This document shows positions 1-11,141 of a stretch of 64,000 nucleotides of DNA, one piece after another. The translations under genes were made by a program, and so were the position numbers. Positions within the stretch are counted from its first letter, which is position 1; each line of letters opens with the position of its first letter. The notes under the pieces were generated by a model. It did no database searches, had not been told where the DNA came from, and saw only the letters and a program-made list of their open reading frames with translations. The stretch is taken from positions 1,889,130-1,953,129 of the forward strand of contig MU054391.1 in NCBI GenBank assembly GCA_013239625.1, given 5' to 3'. The stretch is from Lama guanicoe (lineage: Eukaryota).

Positions 1-867
1 CAAAACGCCCCCTTATTTCCGGAGGGCCGCCTCAGTGGAGTGAAGGGACACACCCCACAGCACCGCAAGTGCCACACACCCATCCTAAGGCAAAATGAGT
101 CCAGTCAAACCCTCGGTTAATTCAATCAGAGAAAAGAGCAAAACTGACTTTGTGTTGACTTGGTTGCTGTTTGGAGCGAAATCATTAAAGAATTAATTTT
201 GGAAGAGTTGTAGGCTCTTTGGCACCATAGTCTTGAACCAGGCATGCCTCAAGGTTTGGAAGAATCTGACCTCAAATGAAAATAGTGACGTTTTGTGCAA
301 GACTGAATTTATAAATGAGGTCTAGGAACCACAGCACCCCACGATTCAGCGTCTTTGTCATGGGTATGATTTATGCCTACACGTTTGAAACACAGGCTTC
401 CTAGTGTAATGGCCGACACTGCAAGCGACTTGCTCTTTGTGGCCTCTTTGCTCCTGTGTGAGGGTGCGGTAGGAAGTGCGGGTTCTGCAGAAGCAGGACC
501 GGTGGGACTGGGGGAGCCTCGCAGGGACCCTGACTCTCAGATAGTGAACAGGTGCGCAGAGCGGAGCGGAAGAGCAGACAGCGTTTACTGAGGGGTGGCT
601 GGGCACGAAGCTCGAAGCTGGGCGGGCGCAGGGCGCAGGTCATGACTCCAGAAAAAGCAAGACAAGTTCATGCACTCCTCCCAGCGTGTGAGGGGAAGGG
701 CGACCTTGTTTTGTAACAAAGACCTTCAGCCTTACCGAGGTCAGCATATTGCTTGAGGATGCCAAGGGTACCGTCCGCGGTGGAAAACCTAGTCTTGAGC
801 GTCTTCTGGGTTGTTTTATTTCCCCAAGTCAGCTGTAAGGGAGTTAGGAGAGTGATGCTTCACTCAC

Positions 868-939
868 CACAAAAGTAGACAATATCCCAGGTTGACCATG
901 ATAGTCCGGTGAAGGCAGGAGGACCACCTTGGCCGTGGC
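868..939 (-). pseudogene. Fossil exon, 72 nt (ATAKVVLLPSPDYHGQPGILSTFV if phase 0)
   Basis: ttcatcttcag| acceptor, |gtgagtg donor; length is a multiple of 3; frame uncertain. Confidence 0.5.
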
Positions 940-1271
940 CTGAAGATGAATACTCGACGTGAGCAAACGGCTGTTATGGGGAGCCGCGTGCACGGGGGAG
1001 GACAGGGCGGTTTATGCTCAGCTGGGCTCTGGGAGCCCTGGCCGGGTGATGATCCAGGCAAAACCTTTTATTTCACTTTCAACTCACTGACCTCTCTGGC
1101 GAGGTCACCTTGAGCATTTGGAAGAAGACCCAAGATTCCAGATATTTGGTGGGGAAATTCCTGTGGGCCTGCAGGGTGTTATATAACATCTGTGATATCT
1201 AGCCTAGCATCTAGGGTCTTCTAGGTGTTCAGTGAAGATCTGTCCTGTAACAAGATACATAATGTTAAAAA

Positions 1272-1320
1272 AGAAATTAACACAACATTGTAAATTGACT
1301 ACACTTCAATTAAAAAAATT
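1272..1320 (+). mobile_element. L1 extreme 3' end fragment
   Basis: aacacaacattgtaaattgactacacttcaataaaaaa-type terminus. Confidence 0.7.
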
Positions 1321-1436
1321 TTTTTCTAAGTAGATGGTTGAATTGAGAGAATGCAATTGGTAGGTTTCATCGGCCACTGGATGTCACTGTTTATCCACCA
1401 ACAGAGGATCAGCTTTTTTTTTTTCCCTCCCTCCAC

Positions 1437-1634
1437 CTGGTCAGGACGAAAGACTCTGGAAGCTGCTCCAGGTGCAGAGATTTCCAGCTCGTTTCTCATA
1501 AGTGAGCTGTTTTCTCTCGGGAAAAGAGTGAGTCCTGAGTTATTCAATTCAGACTTTTCTCCTCACAGCTTAGATCAAGAACTGGTGTGTTGTCTTTTCT
1601 TCTTTTTCTTCTCCCCTGGAGAAGTTTCCTCTTG
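1437..1634 (-). pseudogene. Fossil exon (QEETSPGEKKKKKRQH.../QDSLFSREKTAHL*ETSWKSLHLEQLPESFVLT)
   Basis: ttgtttgtgttag| acceptor, cag|gtggag donor; contains stops and a frameshift. Confidence 0.45.
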
Positions 1635-2509
1635 CTAACACAAACAAGAGCTTTTATCTTGCAGTTCATCTTGGAAACAGGAACACTGGTTCGTACCAGA
1701 CTGTGACGTTTCATATGAACCTACCGCAGGTGCTTGGAATAAGTCCCCACCTTGTTAGGCTCAGCCAATCCCCATCATGGCTGCAGAGAGGGTCCCTGGA
1801 ATCTTGGGGTCATTCTTACGCCCTGGGGCAGTAAAAAAAATAGCTTTGAATTCCACGGCTGCCACCACCATTTGTTATCTGTGTGACCTTGGAGGTGTTA
1901 CTTGATGTCTCTGATCCCCACTGTCCCTTGCCCTTGGCAGACCTTCCAGTCCCACCTCCTTGGGTTTGTGGGGTGGAAGCAAGTTTGAACTCAAAATTCC
2001 TTAAAACTGCCTTCTTTTCCTGGGACCTCTGGTAACGCCTGGGTTGACTGGATAGATTATCTAAGGAAGATCACATTCCCTTTGCTCTTCCCTGAAATGG
2101 TCTAACATAACCCACCATGTCTTTGTAACACAACCTAGTATGGGTTGGTCCAAATAGCTGGAACTCCCAAGTCAGAACCTCACTGTGCAAGGCACGTAAC
2201 TGACTAGCTTATCCGAGTCATCTTTGTGGATTTCAGCAGAGAACCTAGAAAACTGCAATCTGAAGATGAGAAGGATCCGGGGTTCATGTACCTGAATCCT
2301 TTCTTGAATGCTGTTCACTCTTACTCCAGCATCACACGGAGAGCCGCAGAATCTTATAGCTGGGAGTTCTTCCTTAAAATTTCCCTAAAGTGTAGGACCA
2401 AGGATGTGAATGAGGAAGACCCGTGGAAAATAGGAAGCCCATTTTGACAGTTCTTGGTGACCACAGCCCCTGTCCCCTTTGCTCCCCACTCCTCCTCTGG
2501 GAGACTTGT

Positions 2510-2660
2510 GTCCAGCCACACCATGCACACCACGCACACGGTCCCTGCCATCGACGCCATCCACACAGTCCACACAGTCTACACCATCCACAGCATCTGC
2601 AGCATCCACACCACCCGCACGGTCCCCGCCATCTACACCGTCCACATTGCCCACACCACA
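2510..2660. repeat. Degenerate ~9-bp tandem repeat (ccacaccat-like)
   Basis: Repeating cacaccatc/cacacagtc units; source of the His/Pro/Thr-rich spurious ORFs. Confidence 0.8.
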
Positions 2661-2759
2661 TCCTCTACTTTACACTGAAGAGAAAAAGATCACCACTTAG
2701 TTTCCTGAATCGATGTATTCCAGACGGATTCACAAGGCTAGTTACCATTAATTGAATCT

Positions 2760-2980
2760 TTTCTCTGTGCAGGGACTGTGTCAGGTCTTTTATTTCCACA
2801 ATTTCATTTAACCCTCACTGCACCCCACGAGGTACTCTGAGTCATCTCTAACTTACAGGTGAGAAAACTGGGGTGCAGAGAGAGGTCAAAGGGCTCGCAC
2901 AGATCACTCAGCTAACTGAACAGCAAAACCTGGTTGAGCTCCTGCTGGCTCTGATGCCTTTGCTTTTAGCCACTCAGCTA
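2760..2980 (-). mobile_element. MIR SINE
   Basis: tcatttaaccctcac...ttacaggtgagaaaactgggg..cagagagaggtcaaagggctcgcacagatcactcagcta core. Confidence 0.75.
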
Positions 2981-3311
2981 CTCACAGTATGACGATTATG
3001 ATTTTATCAGAACTACCTGGTGGAGCTCAGTTAAACTTGCAAAGATTAAAAGACACAACCGTGATGGCCTGCTCGGTGTACTGGCATTTAACCAGAGTCT
3101 CAGGTGAGTGGTGGGCCAGGTGTTTTTGGGCGAGGGAGGCTGAGCTTGGTTATCTCTGCAAATTCATATACACAGAAAGAAGGAACTTCTACTCATGTGC
3201 TTTAAAGGCGTAGCTCCTGTCTAGGAAGGGAGTTGGTGAACATCCGGGCTCATTAGCGGGTGGGAGGGGCTGCAGCTATTTGCAGCGGAAGCCGCATGGA
3301 CGAAGGTTTAC

Positions 3312-3581
3312 CCTCTGCGTGTTGATTGCCCGAGGGCTTCCATTAATATTGATTTAGGAAATGCCAGTGGCTTTATGCTGCTGAATATTCATCGCCACCA
3401 TCACTGGAAATATGTCAGTCTGTCCTGAGGTGGAGGCAGCGCTGGGATTAGGGACTCGGGACAGGCAGGCTGAGCGTCAACTTGAACTTTCTGCTTGAGC
3501 CTTTAATTGCTTCTTGGAGGCCATCAGACATTCACTTAGCCTCCTCTTCCCAGGAATTTTTTTGTTTTCTTGACTCTCTCT
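3312..3581 (-). pseudogene. Fossil exon (RESQENKKIPGKRRLSECLMASKKQLKAQA/KFKLTLSLPVPESLIPALPPPQDRLTYFQ*WWR*IFSSIKPLAFPKSILMEAL)
   Basis: catttaag| acceptor, |gtaaac donor; one frameshift and two stops in an otherwise protein-like translation. Confidence 0.5.
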
Positions 3582-5952
3582 CTTAAATGACCAGGAGGAT
3601 GGGGGTTTCCATGAGGCTTAGGAGCTTGGTGCCCGGGTTGGAGGCATTGGAATTGCATCTGGGGACAGAACCCAAGTCTGGGTTTATCCCTAAAGGCTTA
3701 TTCAGTCCTTTAAAATGTAATATCTGACTAAGTCCAGAGTGGCGGGGAGAAGCATAAAGTATCACATAAAGACACTCTTGGGGCGTAACCTGCAGGCAGA
3801 CACACCGGACCCCATCCTTCCCGGGGGTGGGCCTGTGGGGGACAAGTTCTTGCATCTCTGCAGGACAGTGCAAGGAGCTGAGTGGTGGTGCTGCACCCCC
3901 AAGGGCAGGGAGCCGACAATCTGGTTCTGCGGGGCACTGCTGGGGTGGACCCCGCCTCCGTACTTAAACCTCTTGACCCAATTTCTTCACTTCCCAAATG
4001 GGCAGATTCCTCTTTTTATTCCCCAGGGTTAGTGGAAGGGTGAGACATTATCCTGATGTGGAGAACCCAGAACATTTGAAAGTATGATAGATTAGATGTG
4101 CACCACAGAATCTTTTGGAGGCAAAAACTTGAAGATGGACAGAACGTTTGCCGCTTCTCACAACTTTGTGACATTAGTCAAGTCACTTACTTCCGAGCTT
4201 CAGTAAAACGAGTCTTCTCTTGAGAAGAAGAGTAATGGAACCCACTCCATCGCGTGACTGTCCGTGGACACTGTGCACACAAGTACTTGGTACACAGTGT
4301 GCACTCGCATAGTGACTACTTTCTTCCCCTCTTCTCCCTCCTCTGTCCCTCTTATTAATTGACCCATCTCATGAGCTGATTAGAGAATTGATGTCGCGTG
4401 GGAATGGGGTTCCTATTTATAGATCGTGAATGCACTGGCCTTTGGGAAAATCACTGAGACCCTGTGCCAAACCATTTGTCTTTCCTCAGTCTTACACTGT
4501 AATCCTGTTTTCCCAGTGTAATTTGTTAGATCTGTCCAGTTTACGTGTTTTGACATGATCTGCAGAAACCATGGAATTTATCACAACACTTGGATGTGTA
4601 GCACAGCTTTTCCCGCTCAGTAGTTCTAATATAATCCAAATATTTGTTCTGTTTGGATTATTAATTATTTATCTATTAGCAAGAAGGACTTGAGGCTATT
4701 TCCAATGAAGGCCAGTAGAGAATATAGTAAAAAAATGAAAAAGAGGGAGAAATAAGGAGCTAAATGAAGCAGCGGTAAGACACCGTGCATCGGGGCGCAG
4801 AGGGCTCCTGTGCTTGAGTATTACGTGTAGCGCTAAGCTTCCCAGCAGTGGTGGCAAAATTGGGTAAAAACAGTCAATGGGTTTGTGTTTTTCATTGTCA
4901 GATTAAAAAAACACCGAACTATGCTTTTCACGAAAGCCCACCTTTCCTTGACATAAATTCTAACACAAGTCTTTGGAGACATGGGTGGAAATGACGGGTA
5001 CTGCTGGCTTGTGGGGAGAGTGTGTGTCCACCGTCATCTGGCCTCCTGTTAGCACAGAGCACCTTGTGTAAGAGGAGCCGGGTGGGGGGCTGGGGTCACG
5101 GGTCCAGGTGCACGGCCCTGCACCCAGGAATGGGGCTTAGACACTTCCTGGGTGGGAAGACGGTGCAGACAGGCAGACTTGTGTGCTGAGTTTGCGGGCG
5201 ATTCCAGCCCCAAACACCCTCTAATCTGTTCAGTCCTGCTTGCACCTTGGTCGGCCTGAGGCACCTGGTCTGCGTGTGGGCTGAAGAGGAAATTTGGTTG
5301 TACTGACTTGGCTTCTACACTGGAAATCCGCAGACCTCAGAGCGCTGCCTGGGAACTATTTCTGTTCGATTCGGTTCAATTCAGTTTAATTCCACACCTG
5401 AATTTCAGGCAGTGCAGCCGACCTCAGCAAGCTCCTGCTACGTGAGGGAGGACCCCAGATGGGCCCAGGGAGGGGTGCCCAGGCCAGTGAGGCTTGGCGC
5501 CTGTCCTGGGGCGCGGGCTTCTGGCCAAGGCACAGCCTGCCAGCGGAGAGGGTGGAAGCAGGGCTTTCCAGGGACCCAGAGCAGAGCGGCCGGAGCGGCT
5601 CAGAGAAGCACCAGCTCTGGGGAAATGGTTTAAAATTCATAGCGATCGGGTCCCCTTCTGCGTAAGGGTCCCGCTTCTATTATATATTATTGCGGAGTTT
5701 CCAATTATGCTGCAGTTTAAAAAATACTTTTCCTGAGGGTTAATGTTTACATTTACAAATGTGTACAGCTTAACTAACAGCTTAAATGGAAATTTTAATG
5801 CAGTCTATGAATTGTTGCCTCATTTGCATATTTTATCAATTCACCCTCGTTCTGGGTTGTGTACAGTGCAGTCAATAGAATTAGAAAGGACCGTGCGTTT
5901 AAAAATTTTCCTTGCAGAATGCGAAATGCTGGCCTTTTAACTGCAGCCTTAC

Positions 5953-6851
5953 CAGTGGCCTGCTGTGCCGAGCGTGTGACGAGGGAGGGAGAGATTCCTG
6001 GAGACTTGGAACGTATACACGTCGTGAGGGAACGCGCCCGAGCAGGGTAGCTGCCCAGCAGGCGCGGAGTCCGCCCTCCGCTGGGACTCCGTGCTGTTCT
6101 CCTTGGCGTCCGCTCGTCCCCAGGTCTGGGCCCAGAGTCGGAACTGCAGGCTTGATCATCCAGCCAGCTGTGCAGTGCGGCATCGGCGCCGAAGACCTCC
6201 GGACGGGTTGTGAGCCTCCTCCTGCAGGCGGCCGGTTCCGCTCCCAGCCAGGGTGCGTCCGAACCGGCCTGCTCTGGGTACCGCAGGCGGTCGCCTCGGA
6301 GGGGAACCGAGTCTGCCGGGCCCCCTCCTGCCTGCTCTGGGCCATTCGTGTCCTCCTTGCAGAGGGCCTGGCCGGCGCCTCCGGGCGTGTGCAGCGTGGC
6401 GCGGGTGCAGACACGTGGCGGCGGTGTAGACACGAGGAGCGGCGCGGAGAGGAGGCGGGTTCTCTGCCGGCCGCGCGTGGATGCTCGCGCCACGCGCGCT
6501 GGGGACGCCCCTTCCCGCCGCCTGTAACTCGCCGGCTCCCTGCCTGAAGCACCGCCGGGCGGTTAGCGTCCGTCTCAGCCTGGACCGAGCTCCGGAAGGG
6601 AAGGCGCCGGTGGAAGAGGAAGGACAGCACGTTGCGAGGCAAATCCCAGCCGGCAGACGCCACGGAGGGCCGGAGGGCCTGGCCTCGGGGCGGCGGCGCC
6701 TGCGCTCGGTGCGCCCCTGCCGGGCCGGGGGCCGCTCTGCGTGCTTTTCCTCCTTTACGTCTCAGCTGAGCTTTTCTTGTTGTTGTTTTTTTTTTTTTTT
6801 TTTTTTTTTTTGGNNNNNNNNNNNTTTTTTTTTTTTTACTGTTTGGAATCT
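5953..6851 (-). pseudogene. Large GC-rich fossil exon ending ...LLGRVPSRRVYVPSLQESLPPSSHARHSRPL
   Basis: tatacag| acceptor, ctg|gtaagg donor; overlaps ORFs 5899-6663 and 5795-6493; contains a poly(A) run with an N gap. Confidence 0.5.
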
Positions 6852-7169
6852 CTGTATATTTTAAAAAGGATATTTTTAATAACCATGAGTTGGTGTTTCC
6901 CTACCTCTAAATTTTTCTTTCTCCTTTTTCTTATTATTTTCCTACCCCATTAGTGAGTTTGAGACAGCAGGCTCTACATTCTGTCCTCAGGGAGAGTTAG
7001 GAATAGAATTCATAGAAGTGGTGGGTTGATTGCCCAGGCAGCCTTCTGTAAATTCACAGTAGACGTGGTACCCTAATGCTAAAGTCTCTGATTTGTCTCA
7101 AATACCTTTTGCCAAAAAAGAAGTGAATTCTTAAAATTCCAAATTTGGTTTTTGGTTTTTTTTTAGCAT

Positions 7170-7272
7170 TTTAAAATATTTTGTTTTTTATTGACGTGTA
7201 GTTGATTTACAATGTTAGTTTCAGGCGTGCAGCAAAGCGATTCAGTTACACATACATATGCAGATTTTTTCA
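7170..7272 (-). mobile_element. L1 3' end fragment
   Basis: ttattgacgtgtagttgatttacaatgttagtttcaggcgtgcagcaaagcgattcagttaca. Confidence 0.75.
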
Positions 7273-7289
7273 GAATTGTTTGAGTTTTT

Positions 7290-7530
7290 AGTCATCATCA
7301 TCATCATGATAGTAGCGAAGACGTCACTGAATGAGCCCTTGCTCCTCCTTACTGCTTTCTCCTGTATTTTGTCTTTTGTTTTCACAGCGATCAGGTAAGG
7401 TGGGGAATATTGAGAAGGGGAGTGTAGCCTCTGAAATGTCACCCAAGTTGCCTGCAGTGAGAGTCTGGCAAGTGGTGGAACAGACCACGACTCCAGACCA
7501 CACCAGTGCGGCTTCAAAGCCCAGGCCGGG
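7290..7530 (-). mobile_element. Degenerate MIR
   Basis: Colinear with MIR motifs (gtcacccaagttg...aagtggtggaacag...gactccaga...ttcaaagcc). Confidence 0.5.
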
Positions 7531-8411
7531 GCTTTCAGAACCTCTCAGTGCGCGTGAACAACGCGCAACCACCAATCCCCTTGTGCAGAGAGAGAAAAGT
7601 GAACTCAGGGAGGCCCGGGAGTACACGACAGGTGCAGCTGCTGGGAGCTGAGCGTGCTCACTCGGGGTCCTCTGAGCTTGTCTGTGTCCTCACCTGTCCC
7701 CCGGAGCTGCAGGCAGTCCCTCCCCTGGGGGGGCAGGGGCGGTGCACACAGGCTCCCTGGTTCCTCATGTCTCTCGCAGGGCTCCCTAAGTCTGGGCTCA
7801 GGACGAGTCTCAGAAGAGCGGCTTTTGGGGTGTGTGTGGAAGAGGAGGGAAGATACGCAAGCTCTCACTGCAGCCATTTAAAGGGCTTGGCTTTAGGGAT
7901 CAGGAGCCGGGGGTGTGGGATGGTGCTTGCACATCATCCCTGCGGGCTGTAAACCACAGCCCGCGGCACTGCACGCACCCCCGATGGGGTGATGGCTGCA
8001 GACCTGCCATTCAGAGCGTGTCTGCCTGGGCCCCGCCGGCACCACGGCCCTGGACAGTGGGGAGCTTATTTCCTCTTTCTGGGGGAAGCAGCTGAAGCTT
8101 GGGGCGATGACGTTCTTCTCCAGGGCGGCACTGCTAATTCGGTTGCTCGGCGGGGACTGAGCCAGGTCTCCGTGACTCCAAAGCCTGAACGCTTGTCCCC
8201 CGGGGTCTGTCTCCCTGCGTATTTCTGCCTCCAGAAGAAAGGGAGAAACCAAGGTGTATTTTAGCCATTTAAAAAAATGACAGCATTTTTATTCTTTCCC
8301 CCTCTCCCCATCCCTCTGAAGGCTTGCCTGAGAAAGGGTGACAGAAGAAAAATCAAGACAAGTAACTTAAAATCCTAAAATGAGATGTGAGTGCTTCGTG
8401 GCTTTCCTTAC

Positions 8412-9128
8412 CTGTGCAGGTGGGCAAGCGATGCTTTTTGTCTCTCCGGCTGTTCATTGACCTGTTCAGCCTCGCGCGTACCTGTGTTCTCTAACGAGAG
8501 GAAGGGTCAGAGTTCATGAGACTGGGCTGGGAATGCCTGTGACGGAGTGTGTCTTTCTCGTCGTCCTGTGAGAGCCTTCAGGGAAATGGCCCGTCTTACA
8601 GGCTCCGAGTCTCTGAGTCTCTCCAAGTTAAAAAGGAAACCATACGCAGTGGTTCTCTACAGCCCGGAGGGACGCTGGAGCAGGGCCCTGAGGAGCAGAA
8701 GTCACGAGACGGAGGGAGGCGGACGCAGGGAAGGACTTGGGACCTCTGTGCCCTCTCCTGAGTCCCCTGAGGAGCAGGGGTCCCTTCTGTCCCCAGGGTG
8801 GCAGTTTCAGACTGTCTCCATACTTTCAAGCTGGGTCTACCTATCAACATTGTGTCAGCATGACTCTGGCCAATGTTATCCTGTACTGAGATGCCCTCCT
8901 GCTGGCTGCAGAGGACTGACGAGCCTCGGGGTGAGCAGGCATCGGTGCGGGACCTGGGGGGGGGGGACTCGGGGGCGCTGTGCGGGGTGAGTATGTCCAG
9001 GTGCTGTGCTGAACGTGAGGTATGAAAAGATACATATGCTGTTGTCTTTGATGTGTTCACATTCCAGAAGTGAGGAGAGCGCCCACTGCTGAGGAGGCTT
9101 CATTTCCGGGTGCTCCTTGTCTGATATC
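8412..9128 (-). pseudogene. Fossil exon (...FNLERLRDSEPVRRAISLKALTGRRE...EQVNEQPERQKASLAHLH)
   Basis: gtgttgtag| acceptor, cag|gtaagg donor; frameshifted. Confidence 0.5.
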
Positions 9129-9164
9129 CTACAACACTGCCCTGTGCAAATGGCGGATGTACGA

Positions 9165-9305
9165 GTGTATGTGCGTATGAAATAGACAGATGATGGACAG
9201 ATAGGTAGGTAGGCAGGAGATAGTTTGATGACAGATGGATAGTTGGGTGGATGGATGGACAGACAGAAGACAGATGATGCTATGCAGAGAGACAGACAGG
9301 AAGAT
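9165..9305. repeat. Degenerate (TAGA/GGAT/GACA)n simple repeat
   Basis: Purine-rich tetramer array. Confidence 0.7.
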
Positions 9306-9846
9306 CAACATTTATGGAACCAAAGCGTTATCTACACCATCAGGTAAACTCTGATACCGTGCTGGCGGACAGCAATGACTGCAGCAGGTGCCTTATTTAT
9401 AGACTAAGTACCCGCTGTGGCGCACACAGTGACTCACGGTACGCCTGCCGCCTTGGTTGGCAGAGTCCTTGGTTGGGCCTCAGAACTGACTGCAAGGCAC
9501 CCGTTGTACATAAACTAGCAAGTGAGAAATGTACACATCTTCTCCAGTTTGTTTATTATTTTAGTCATTTAAGAACTACCTCGCCTGGAAAAATGTCCCA
9601 AAGACTTAAAGGCACGGGAGTGGTGGTGTGATAGCAGAATAGCAGAGGGTGGAAAGAGGTTGGACGGTGACCCCTGAAAGCCTGTAGTTGGAGAAAAGCT
9701 TCCTGGAAAGATACGTCCAGTGTAAACTGTATATATTCCATTCTCATTTTGAAGAAAAACAAACTTTCCCAAAAAAGAAACGTTAAATCAAAAGTAACCA
9801 ATGTCGCGGCTTTATTTTACTTATTTTTTTCAGAGCAGGTACTTAC

Positions 9847-9913
9847 AGATATTTCTTGTTTAATCCCTTGAACTTCCATGAACATTTCTTAAGTCCACCA
9901 GTTAATCTGTTTT
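9847..9913 (-). pseudogene. Small fossil exon (...MFMEVQGIKQEIS)
   Basis: ttctttggttaactcag| acceptor, |gtaagt donor. Confidence 0.4.
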
Positions 9914-11141
9914 CTGAGTTAACCAAAGAAAACAAATGTACTGCAATTCACCGATGAAAATACCTTTCCCACCCCCAAATAAAACTAACGCGATGTGGCT
10001 GGTACTCCTTAGCAAAACACCACTCTTACGTGCGCAGTCACAGCACACAGGCTTCTGGTGGAGCCAGGCTGAGCTCCACAGACACAAGAGCTCCTTATGT
10101 GAGCACATCATGACCAGTGAGCAGCCTAATGTGTCTCAGAACCATTGGAAAGAGACAAACAGGAAAAAATGAGGAAAAAATTGCAAAACGTTATGGAACA
10201 GTTTGTGCATTTCCTTTCTATCTGACTTCAATCTCGTAGCATCTTCTTGACCTAAAAGACATATCACCTTTCAAGTTTCTGCATTGTCCAATCTAAAACC
10301 CCACCGCTGGGAATCCTGAATGGCGCACAGAGCTGGGGTAGGGCTTTCCGTTCCAGTGCAGCGACGTGAGCTAGCGCGGAGGTTGCCTGAACGATGTCTG
10401 GGTTACGTTTAGGCCTTGTCAGACACGCAGAAGAGAAGGGTCAGCCCATCTTGGTCTGGATAAGTCAAATGGTGACCAGAGGACCGTAGGATGTGAGCGC
10501 GCAAATTAAGACGCTGTTCTTCCTTCACAGACATTTGCTCGGGTCAGCCACGTGGCAGGTGCAGTCCTGGTGGTGGTGAGGACAGGACGAGGGACCGAGG
10601 TCTAGGACAGAAGCAGAGGCAGGTTGAATGGTATCTGTAACTGTAACAGGTTGAATGGTATCTGTCCACGGTTGGAAGCTGTACTGACGGGCACAGAAAT
10701 AAACGTGTTTCTGCTGGTTTACCAGAAATGCAGGTGTTTATGCTGGTTTATAAGAAATGAAGGTTTTTTTTGCTAATTTACAAGCCGGAATGCAGACAGA
10801 CTGGCTCCTCCAAGTGTCCAGCCTTCTCTGCTGCGGCAGGTGTGTGGGCGTTTTCTGCGAGCGGTCACGAGTCCCCTGGTGCTGGGAGACTCCGACCTGG
10901 GCACAGAGGGCTCGGGTCCGCCCTCCACAGTGACCAGCTCGCCTGTGTGGTGCCATCTATCAGCCCCTCGCGGGGAACATGAGGCGCTTCCGTCTGACTC
11001 CACTTTCCGTCCAGGTAGGACGCGCTGGCTGAGGGTCGCTGAGGACGTCAGTGATTTGTAAATCAAACACCTGCGCCAGTCACCGCTCTCCCGGCTCCTG
11101 GCTGTGACTCCTCCCTCTGTGTCCACTACCTGCCGCTTCAA

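Noticed and set aside
2354..2755. His/Pro/Thr-rich and Asp/Gly/Val-rich ORFs
   Set aside because: Translations of a 9-bp tandem repeat
5795..6864. Long overlapping ORFs (211-254 aa) as an intact single-exon gene, processed pseudogene or Pol III RNA ending in poly(T)
   Set aside because: ORFs are open on both strands because of high GC content. I recognise no protein or ncRNA and see no TSD. The region is better explained as a decayed exon with a gtaagg donor at 5952.
7270..7580. Protein-like minus-strand translation and a 7-nt plus-strand microexon (cacag|cgatcag|gtaagg)
   Set aside because: Lies within a degenerate MIR
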